This document shows positions 1 through 9,313 of a DNA stretch of 64,000 nucleotides, one piece after another (position 1 is the stretch's first letter; the number at the start of each line of letters is the position of its first letter). The translations under genes were made by a program, and so were the position numbers. Location: NCBI RefSeq assembly GCF_052425735.1, contig NC_135763.1, forward strand, positions 9,424,001-9,488,000, given 5' to 3'. Source of the DNA: Oculina patagonica. Lineage: Eukaryota. The notes below the pieces were generated by a model that worked only from the letters and a program-made list of their open reading frames with translations, did no database searches and was not told the DNA's origin.

Positions 1-396
1 TGCTTAGTTACGGTACCTCCATTATAGGAAATTTACCATGGTAAATGAAAAGATTACCTACATACATCCGCCTAAAGCATTTAATTCATAACCCACGTTT
101 CGTCCGAATAATCGGAAAATAACTGACAAAGAACCTCTAATTTGCAAAACACAAGCCTTCCAATTTATAGTTTATTCCTCTAATGAGGAAATTAAAGCTC
201 CATTTATGTATTAACTCAGACTATTGTGAAAAAAAAAAAACCATTATTAGCAGTTAAAACACTGACAAATTTCTACAACGTATGGTGATTAGTCCAAATA
301 TCTTGCTTTGAGCTAAAGGTATTTAAAGTTTAATAGTTAACCATGCACATGAATCCCATTAAAAAAAGGCTAGCTTTTACTGCCACTAAGTTTCAG

Positions 397-1464
397 CTAT
401 ACGTTAATGCTACACATGGCATCTTTTCTTATTTCAAAGTTCAGATCGATGTTTTTAAATTTCATCTTCCTCCGGCTGTTATCAGCTACGGTGTGTTGTG
501 TTACAGTGTTCGTTTGTGTTTGGTCAGCGTCCTGACTTGATCCTGTATTTTCTGTAAGTTGTGAACAAATTGTATGTCCAATTCTCGCTTTCAAACTTCT
601 GTCGAATGCGCAATAGATAATGGGGTTAATCGCCTCGTTGATGAAGGCCCCAAACATGGCTATTTCGTGTAGAACGTGTCCCCGATGAACACTCTCCGTG
701 CCAGATATAATTCGAACAAAGCTCAGGACAAAAGTCGGAAGCCAGCATACCGTGAATACTGCTGCAACCAAACCCGAAGTCCGTGTTACACGCCTCTTGT
801 TCTGCCAAACAACCGATTGCGGTGCAGTGGGAAAGTTAACTGTCGCTACCAAAGGGCTTCTTCCCCACATTATCAATGCCACATGAAAATAACACCAACA
901 TAAGACCACGAAAGGCGTGAAAAACACAATGACGAACTCGACTGCCTCATACAGTTTGTCCAGCCAACTGATGGGAAGTGCTAGCGGTGTGCAGATTATC
1001 TTGGAATCTATCTCTTGCACGCTAAACATGTACAGATAAGGAGATGTTACAACGGCAGGTAAAAGCCACGATAAAGTTATCATGCGCTTGACAAGCCTTC
1101 CGTTCAGCTTGGGCAGATACGGACGAGCCAGGCTGCGATATCGGTCAAAAGCAATCAAAGCGTGAGTACAGACCGCCGTGCCAGAGACAGCAATTTCAAT
1201 AAACTCGACTATCTTGCACAGCGCCGTTCCAAAGATCCACTCGCCGAGAAGTTCACGAGTGAACTCGAACGGAATCGTTAAGAGGCCAACAACGAGAGCG
1301 GAAAGTACTATGTTCAAAATGAATTGATAGGTTGGGCGATTTTTAAGAAGTTGCTTTCGGTATTTCAGCAACACAAAGGCTACTAATGTGTTTCCCACAA
1401 CCGCTACAGCAAATATTATAGCAAGGAAAACAGCTTTGGTGATATCTGAAGCTGAATATGCCAT
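397..1464 (-). CDS. Class A (rhodopsin-like) GPCR, peptide-receptor-like, copy 1; single coding exon
   Basis: 7 hydrophobic segments with GN (TM1), C3.25, DRY, CWLP and NPIIY. First ATG is at 1464 (the ORF track starts at GTG 1470). TM2 reads LSAL (D2.50A). Confidence 0.93.
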   Translation of the reverse strand: MAYSASDITKAVFLAIIFAVAVVGNTLVAFVLLKYRKQLLKNRPTYQFILNIVLSALVVGLLTIPFEFTRELLGEWIFGTALCKIVEFIEIAVSGTAVCTHALIAFDRYRSLARPYLPKLNGRLVKRMITLSWLLPAVVTSPYLYMFSVQEIDSKIICTPLALPISWLDKLYEAVEFVIVFFTPFVVLCWCYFHVALIMWGRSPLVATVNFPTAPQSVVWQNKRRVTRTSGLVAAVFTVCWLPTFVLSFVRIISGTESVHRGHVLHEIAMFGAFINEAINPIIYCAFDRSLKARIGHTICSQLTENTGSSQDADQTQTNTVTQHTVADNSRRKMKFKNIDLNFEIRKDAMCSINV

Positions 1465-1999
1465 GTCCACGGGTACTATACAGAGAACCGTTCAAAGAAA
1501 CCCAAATAGTGTCACCAATTAATGTCTTTATGCAATTTAACAATTCAAGGTACTGAATAATTAACACCTGCAGTACGAGAAATTATACCAAATAATTCGT
1601 TGAAATTTTCCTCATATATAAAGCTTGAACAAAAATAACTTAGTTTTAAAGGTATTTGGATTTAAAAAGAAATAACCTGTTTATACTGCTTATGATTTTA
1701 GAGGGTTTACTGAATATTTTTTGGATTATTTTGCAGCGGCATAGGAACACTACCACGCTAAATAAATAAACAAAACTAATAAAAAATTATACAAATTATA
1801 ATTAATTCATGAAAAAAGTTAGTCTAAAAATATTCAATAAAGTAAATGAAATACTGCAGAAAAAAAAAGCAATCGATTTTCCACACATCGGAAGCAAATT
1901 GAGAGGCGATCGATCTTGATGTAAATAAACAAACATTTTCGTTTTGCTTCCTCTCCATAATTGTATTTACAAGTAAAACATCAATACCAGTTGCAACAT

Positions 2000-2412
2000 T
2001 AATACTCTTTATAAATTCTGACGCTGACTTATTTGAGCGTAAACAACGCTCATAATGTACTCAAGACGTTTCGACCGAGAATCTTCGGTCTTCTTCGGTT
2101 GTTATCATGGCATAAAAAACGGCTTTTTAACGGTTTCACATTTGTACGCGCGCGCGAGTGACTAATACAAATACACGCGAACGCTGCGCGAGACTATGAA
2201 CATTATGTAAGTGACTTATATACATCAGGGATGTCTATGTGTTCATTTCCCGCATTCTGGTCCCTCTGCGAATGCCACGCTTCTAGGAAAAGCCTCTTGT
2301 GGTAATCGCCTGCCTTGTCCACCACCGCTGCATGATTGAAATCCATATCATGGCCAAACGTGTTCGCGTGATGCGCGATCTTAGAGTTTTTGTCGCAAAC
2401 ACGGACTGCTCT
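2000..2412 (-). mobile_element. 5'-truncated Penelope-like retroelement (GIY-YIG C-terminus plus 3' region)
   Basis: ORF 2203-2424 reads RAVRVCDKNSKIAHHA...GH..DF...KRLFLEAWHS, a GIY-YIG PLE-type tail. Flanked by the 12-bp duplication CAGTTGCAACAT (1988-1999, 2413-2424). Absent from the paralogous flank at about 4154-4165. Confidence 0.85.
2062..2101 (-). ncRNA. Minimal type I hammerhead ribozyme-like motif (U4C variant) in the PLE 3' region
   Basis: Minus strand: caa-CCGAAGA-A-GACCGA(AGATTC)TCGGTC-GAAA-CGTC-ttg. Stems I and II pair; the core is CUGANGA with one U to C change. Confidence 0.6.
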
Positions 2413-2574
2413 CAGTTGCAACATGTTGTGAAGTGAAAATCAATTATAGTTGGTGAGTTATGAAATTGACGGGTTGATTGTAATCAAGTATATATTAATT
2501 TTAAAGTTTACACTTTTACTCAGTCAAGCTTTCCTCCAGAAGGATAGTTAAACATATTTAAATTAAAACATTCG

Positions 2575-2728
2575 CTGACATCTGCATCTGACATCCGGTC
2601 TGTTCCGGTCCATTATGGCTTATTTCGGCTCATTCCTGCTTATTAATATTTCGGCCCTTTCCAGTGTCATTCCGGTCCATTCCTGCTTATTCCGGTCCAG
2701 ATCCCGTTCCGGTTTTAGTAACGCCCCC
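2575..2728. repeat. MITE fragment with short TTCCGGTC-type internal repeats, near the truncation point of the GPCR pseudogene
   Basis: Repeated ttccggtc/ttcctgcttatt motifs ending in ...GGTTTTAGTAACGCCCC. Confidence 0.45.
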
Positions 2729-2864
2729 TACAAAGAACTAACGTTGGAAACTTTATTTAAAAAAAACGCTATGGTGGTTTATTTTACATTTATCAACTTG
2801 CAGTTGATAATAATCTCAGTGTTTTAAACACTAATAAAGTTATTATTTTTTGTTTGTACGAATT

Positions 2865-3607
2865 CACTCTCCGTGCCGCTTATAATCCGAACAAAGCGCA
2901 GGACGAAAGTCGGAAGCCAGCACACCGTGAATACGTACACTGCTGCAACCAAACCAGAAGTCCGTGTTACACGCCTCTTGTTCTGCCAAATAACGGATTG
3001 CGGTGCAGTGGGAAAGTTAAATGTTGCTACCAAAGGGCTTCTTCCCCACATTATCAATGCCACATGAAAATAACACCAACATAAGACCACGAATGGCGCG
3101 AAAAACACAATGACGAACTCGACTGCCTCATATCGTTTGTCAAGCCAACTGATGGGAATTGCTAGTGGCGTACAGATTATCTTGGAGTCCATATCTTGCA
3201 AGTAAAACATGTACAGATAACGAGTTGTTACAATTGCAGGAACAAGCCACGATAAAGTTATCATGCGCCTGACAAGCCGTCCTTCAAGCTTGGGCAAATA
3301 CGGACGAGCCAGGCTGCGATATCGATCAAAAGCAATCATCGCGTGAGTAATAATTCTTGCACAGTGCTGTTCCAAAGATCCACTCTCCGAGAAGTTCACG
3401 AGTGAACTCGAACGGAATCGTTAAGAGGCCAACAACGTGAGCGGAAAGTACTATGTTCAAAATGAATTGATAGGTTGTGCGATTTTTAAGAAGTTGCTTT
3501 CGGTATTTCAGCAACACAAAGGCTACTAATGTGTTTCCCACAACCGCTACAGCAAATATTGTAGCGAGGAAAACAGCTTTGGCGATATCTGAAGCTGAGT
3601 ATGCCAT
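2865..3607 (-). pseudogene. GPCR pseudogene (copy 2), tandem duplicate of copy 1
   Basis: Net 38-nt deletion in TM3 near 3350 causes a frameshift (split ORFs 3326-3613 and 2824-3399). Truncated after ...ISGTES, so no TM7. Upstream acceptor AG is changed to AT at 3711-3712. Confidence 0.9.
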
Positions 3608-4911
3608 GTCCAAGAGAACTATACAGCGAACCGTTCAAAGAAACCCAAATAGTGTCACCAATATATGTCTTTATCCAATTTAACAATTCAAGGAATTGAA
3701 TAATTAAAATATGCTTAAACAGTACTAAAATTATACCTAATAATTCGTTCTTATCTTCCTCAGATATAAGGCTTGTACAAAAAAAAATTATATAAAGGTA
3801 TTTGGATTAAAAAAGGAATAAACTGTTATTGCTGTTTATGAGTTTAGAGGGTTTACTGAATATTTTTAGGATTACTTCAGTGCAGCGGTATAGGAACACT
3901 ACCACGCTAAATAAATTAACAAAACCAATAAAAACTATACAAATTATAATTAATTCATGAAAAAAAAGTTAGTCTAAAAATCTTCCATAAAGCAAATGAA
4001 ATACTGCAGACCTCAAAAAGGCAATCGATTTTCCACACATGGCAGTCATGTGCAATGAAAGCAAATTGAGAGGCGATCTTGATGTAAATAAACAAAAATG
4101 ATTTTCGATTTGCTTTTTCTCCATAATTGTATTTACAAGTAAAACATCAACACCAGTTGCAACATGTCGTGAAGTGAGAATTTATAATAGTTGACAAGTT
4201 CTGAAATTGACAGGTTGATTGTTATCACGTATAAATTAACCGACTCAGTCAAGTTTTCTTCCATAAGGATAGTTAAGAATTTTTAAATATAAATATGATT
4301 TCACGGTTTTTTCACATCTCTAATTACTAACAACATAAAAAACTCTTCAACTTATCAGTTTAACTGACCAAATTAGACTCAATATATATTTTCAACGTTG
4401 ATTGGATTAGCTTCTGACTTTGCGTGACAGGCACGTGAGAATTTGACATGTACAACTAAGATGGATGTAAGTGGTCATTAAAACAATGGTTATTCTGCTT
4501 CATCCTTCCTTACTTAAGCGAATGAAAGATACAACTAAAATGAAACTGAATGGATGTATAGATCGTCAAAAAAGTTTCCTTTTTGGTCCGCAAAATGTGA
4601 TGACGTCATATGACTTGGGTTCAGAGCAACCTCGTCCCCGCGGTCTTCTCCGCTTTTCAAAATGGCGGGAGAGAGAGAACCTTGGGAAAGGCTGAACTTA
4701 CGCCATCCCGACTGGCTAATTTATACCTGAACTTCTGATTGGTTTAAATAACCCTACACAAATATTTCGGGCGTGGCGGGTTTTAATGGAATCCGATTTA
4801 AATGAATTTAAGCAAAACTGAATACATTTCCAATCCTCCGTAAGAAAAAAGATGGCGCCACGCAATGCATTATAGGTAAATGTACCAAATTAGAATACAC
4901 AAACAAACAAA

Positions 4912-6864
4912 ATGGCGGCTGTTGAGACAGAAGTTCTCCTCTCTGAAGACGAAATTCCAGGGGCCAAGTTAGCAAAAGAAATCGAAAGTCTTACAAAATC
5001 AGAAGCTCTCAGATGGTTGAAGTGTCGAGGATGCCACAATTTGAGTCAACTCAATTTAAAAGAGCTGAAAAGCAAGTAAGTCGTAGATCGCGTGAGTGGT
5101 GTTTCAAGCTGATTTAGCCGGTGTAACAATTAGTTTTTTATTAAATACATTGGCCAAAATTTGTTTTTTTTTCCTGTCATTTCTAGAGTCAAATTATACA
5201 TCGAAAATGGCTGGGATAAAAAATTTCTAAAAGACCCAGACGGCAAAGTTTACGAGAAAAAGAGAAAAGAAGCACTCGGAAAGGAGCGCAAAGTTCTGGA
5301 AGAGATACTCGACGGCGATATTCCCTCCGACAGCTGGACGTCTTCCCTGGCAGGAGTTCCTATTGTCACTCACTCGGTTGTCGAAAAGTACTTTGAAATG
5401 TCTTTAGATGTAAAGCACGTAAGGGAAGGCTATGCCTTCTCCAGGACAAAAAAGTTCGAGACGTCCGGGAAACCCCTGCGAATAAATCTTTTGCCAAACC
5501 ATAACAACATGTTTGTGCTTGAAGGCTACACACGGCCTGCAATGAAACAAGCCAAAGGTATTTCGTCTGGTGAAGGGCTTTATGCTTGTTCAATAATTTT
5601 CGATAAAATCTCAGGAAAAATTCTAGCGGCAAAAGACCATTCGTGTGCTGCTGGAAAACGGGGATTTTGTAAGCATGTTGCTGCTCTTGCCTACAAACTG
5701 GTGGAGGCCACCATGTCATACAGTGCCGAACTTCCGAAATCCATCAGCTGCACCCAAGTCCGCCAGCAGTGGGGAATTCCATCCCTAAGAGCCTCGCAAG
5801 ATCCTGAGAAGGAGGTGATGAAAAGGAAGCCTCTTCAAGAAATTGTGTTTGAAAAGCATCTGGTACAGCGAGACAAAGATGGAGGAAGAAAGCGGAAATT
5901 GCCAGTCGAGGTGAGTTGTGATTACACGTCAAGACCAAACGGAGAGCCAGCAATTGATGATGAAAGAGTAACTAAGCTATGTGTTGACTTGGCTTCAACC
6001 AAGTGCCCTAAAGTTGTATCTGAAATTTTGAAACTTAACTCTTACAAGGAAACAGAAAATGTGTCTGGTGTTGTAGAAAAGAATCATGTTGTGTATCAAA
6101 ATAAGGAAAATGTAACTGCAGCTACCCCACCTGTTGCTCAAAGAAGCTCTGAATGGTTCAGTAAGAGAATTGGAAAGATAACATCATCAAAGGCACCTGC
6201 TGTTATTGGTTTACAAGGGAAGAAAGATTTTCTGGAAACTTGGGACTGCATCAGGAATAAAAAAGCAGAACCTGCAAAACATTTCAGGAACTATGATAGG
6301 GGTATTAAATTTGAAAATGAAGCTGCAAAATGTTTTGCAAGTGAGAGTGCTGCTGTTGTGCAACAATGCGGCCTTTACCTTCTGGCAAGTGACCAAACTT
6401 ATGGTGCTTCCCCAGACAGAACATTTCTCGGAGAGACGTGCAAGAAGCTTGTAGAAATTAAAACTGGAAGGCAAGTTACCCTTTCTGGACTGTGCCTTTT
6501 AGAAATTAAGACCCGTGCTGAAGGTAATTTGGAACCCCTAGCTTCAGTTACTGGGGCTCATGTTGCCCAAGTACAGTTACAAGAGGAATGTACACAAGCG
6601 AATGTTTGTATCCTTCAGTCCTTTGTTCCAGAGAGTAAGCATTCAAAATATTTTTTAATCAGAAAGGACAATAGTTTTATAAATTCCTTCAAACTATGCT
6701 GCAATGCAATCCTAACAAACAACAAAATAGACAATAACAATGCAGGTAACAATAAGAAGCTGGAAGGTTTGCAAAATCGAGTGCCTAGCTTTGAGGACTT
6801 ACTGCCCTTACGGCAATGGGCAAATGAAATTGCCCGATCATGCATGGAGGTTGCTTTTCTGTAA
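4912..6864 (+). CDS. Transposon ORF: SAP-like N-terminus, SWIM-like Zn finger and YqaJ/lambda-exonuclease-like domain; exons 4912-5075 and 5187-6864
   Basis: Exon 1 reads MAAVETEVLLSEDEIPGA...RWLKCRG. The GT-AG intron 5076-5186 (gtaagt...ttctag) joins it in frame. Motifs: HSCAAGKRGFCKH (SWIM-like); QRSSEWF..R...ITSS, GASPD, LEIK, QVQLQ (YqaJ). Confidence 0.85.
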
Positions 6865-7738
6865 TCTTACTCATGTATAACAGAACGTCTCTCTGACAAG
6901 AGCTTTAACTTAAATCAGCATTTCAAAAAAAATTTTTGAGTGTAAATATTTATTTTAAAATAAAATTTGATGCAATACATGCAATTCATATTTTTAAATG
7001 TAGAAGTTAACTTATAAATTATACTCTTAAATATATCTTAAATATGTTATCAATAAATTACCACATGTAAGAAAATAATTATAATTAGTGTTTGACACTG
7101 GATATTATATATGTTGATAATTAAATTAATGATTATTTCACTTCTGACTTGAACAGTTTCACTGCACTTGATTATATATATAAATATTAAAAAATTATGT
7201 GCTCTTCAAAATCCTGTATTCTAAAACTTTCAGGGATATCAAAGTCTGGAATAAAATATATCACCTAAGTATGTACAAATCGAATAGAATATACAAAATT
7301 GTATGTACAAAACTTTACATATTTGCTATACCAAAAAGAAAAATACTATAAGATGTTGAATTATTTTTGCTTCTGTTACTTGTAATGCGTTGTTGCTGAG
7401 GTTGCTGAGTTTATTATTGTTCCAAAAAAATACCCCTTTCTCTCCGACAAAAGGTTTTTCGGTTTGAATCCCCTTGGCCCATTTTGGCTTTTGATCTGAA
7501 CCACCCCCCCTCCCCCCCCCTCTCCCCTTCCCCCTCAAAATACTTACTGACCTCCCATGGGGTGGGCTTGGATATTTTCTGGATATGTTCTGGGTTTTAT
7601 TTCTATTTTTTTTCTACTTTTTTACTTTTTTTGTTACCCTGGTTTATGTCAACCAGTTTCTGAAAAAACACAGCCGGGTGGGCTACAACACTTGATCATG
7701 AAAAGAGAATTGACTGTACCTATAAATCATGAAAGATG

Positions 7739-9313
7739 TTATTCCTCGTGTTCTTCTTCATCATTAATTAATGGTGGGAGGAACGCAGTCAACCAGCAAC
7801 ATACTTTCCAAAGTTTTGATAGAAGGTGTCCATACCGGATCGGGATATTTCCTTTAAAAATTCTGAAAACCTTGATCCTTCTAATTGCTCGCTCAACATG
7901 CACTCTGACCTGAGAGTTCTTTCTGTTATGCACATCTTCTTCTTCGGTAAACTGCTTCTTGCCTTCCAATTTTACTGGTGTGTCGATTCTTACTCCATAA
8001 TCATCCAGGATATGTTGCACAATAAAACCCTTGTCTGCCAACCATCTGTCCCCTCTTTGGGCCAATGCCAAAATTCCACTTTGAACCAGGATCTCTTCAT
8101 CTGATATGCTTCCAGGATACACCTCAGAAACAAATGCTGGGAGCAACATTGGGGACAAGGCAAGAAGAGCTTTGCCGGTATTATGCCCTTTATATTCAGA
8201 CCATGTGGCACTCTGCTGAATAATTTGCGAAGATTTCTCAATGAAGATCTCAGTGCAGTCAATAATGAGATAGACATCCTCGTGCTCTGGCTTGAAACAA
8301 CTGGGCAAAAACTTCTTCATAGTTTCACGGTCAGTTAGGAATTTCAATTGTCCCATACAATCATGCATACGGTCAATCCAAGTGGTAAAAATCTTTGACA
8401 CCTCAGTTTGATCGATAAAAAACCTGTCAGCAAGGTCTTTCTCTAGTAAGCCAAGCCTTAGTCTATTCAAGGTTAAAAAGAACTCGTCAATCTCGACGAG
8501 ATTACGAGGTCTTCCTCTAGACACTACATAAGACGGATGTTTCGTGACATTAGTGTATCCATTATAATAATTAAGTTGGTAACCCGACCTTGGCCTTAAA
8601 AAATTATATAATGCTAGAAATGTTTTATAGTCTGGCAACCCAGTGTAAAATCTGATGTCGTTGTCCGAAAGCATGAACCTGTTTACACCAAATCTCTCGA
8701 TTTTTCTTTGTTCCTCAAGCGACTTTATTTTCTCCAGTAGTCTACTGATTTCATTCTTGCACGAACAATCTCCTTTCGCGTCTAAGCCTTGCTGCACCGT
8801 TGAGTCGTTATCATCTGTTTTGCTCTTAAGTGAGAAATTCTCAGCCTTTTCTAAAACGGTCTGGTTATTCTCGTCAGTGTCCTGCTGAACTACTACCTCG
8901 TCAAGACCTGATTTGCCATTCGGTGGAATATTCTCGGTGTTTACTGGAAAGGTGGCACTGTTACCGCTAACAATTTTCGCTGTTGAGGTTGGTTTTTTCT
9001 TGTCCTCGGCGGTGGGATTTGATTTTTCCTGCAGCAAACTTGAAATATCTACCGGCCACACAATCTCACCACTTTTTAGGTCCCTCCTCGGAAAAATTGA
9101 GGGTATATTGTTAAATCCATATTTGCGTCCTCCGGGAAAATGCGCACTACATACGCGGTCACTCGATTTCCACCTGTAGTTCTTTCGTCTCAAACTCAGT
9201 GCACTTATCCATTTTCGCCTTAATGCTTTCTCTTTTGGGAAAGTATAATATTTCAGAGTCTTATTTTTCCAACTTTTATGACCGCAGGCTGCAACTGCAC
9301 AGCTAAAGGGCAT
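7739..9313 (-). CDS. Transposase: THAP domain, HTH and DDE_Tnp_4 (Harbinger/HARBI1-like)
   Basis: THAP: CAVAAC...FP...W...VCSAHF...IPSIF. HTH: LRLGLLEKDLADRF. Catalytic motifs IIDCTE / LADKGF / RVHVERAIRRIK are intact. ATG at 9313. Confidence 0.92.
   Translation of the reverse strand: MPFSCAVAACGHKSWKNKTLKYYTFPKEKALRRKWISALSLRRKNYRWKSSDRVCSAHFPGGRKYGFNNIPSIFPRRDLKSGEIVWPVDISSLLQEKSNPTAEDKKKPTSTAKIVSGNSATFPVNTENIPPNGKSGLDEVVVQQDTDENNQTVLEKAENFSLKSKTDDNDSTVQQGLDAKGDCSCKNEISRLLEKIKSLEEQRKIERFGVNRFMLSDNDIRFYTGLPDYKTFLALYNFLRPRSGYQLNYYNGYTNVTKHPSYVVSRGRPRNLVEIDEFFLTLNRLRLGLLEKDLADRFFIDQTEVSKIFTTWIDRMHDCMGQLKFLTDRETMKKFLPSCFKPEHEDVYLIIDCTEIFIEKSSQIIQQSATWSEYKGHNTGKALLALSPMLLPAFVSEVYPGSISDEEILVQSGILALAQRGDRWLADKGFIVQHILDDYGVRIDTPVKLEGKKQFTEEEDVHNRKNSQVRVHVERAIRRIKVFRIFKGNIPIRYGHLLSKLWKVCCWLTAFLPPLINDEEEHEE

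Noticed and set aside
626-903. Recurring short antisense or alternate-frame ORFs in each GPCR (MPDIIRTK..., MAEQEACNTDF...)
   Set aside because: They are shadows of near-identical GPCR sequences; their recurrence reflects paralogy, not independent genes.
5161-5186. TTG start of the 567-aa ORF
   Set aside because: This is the intron polypyrimidine tract and acceptor; the better-supported start is ATG 4912.
5161-6864. Phage or bacterial contamination or HGT suggested by the YqaJ domain
   Set aside because: The gene has a spliceosomal intron and sits between TIRs with a THAP transposase, the normal eukaryotic ISL2EU layout.
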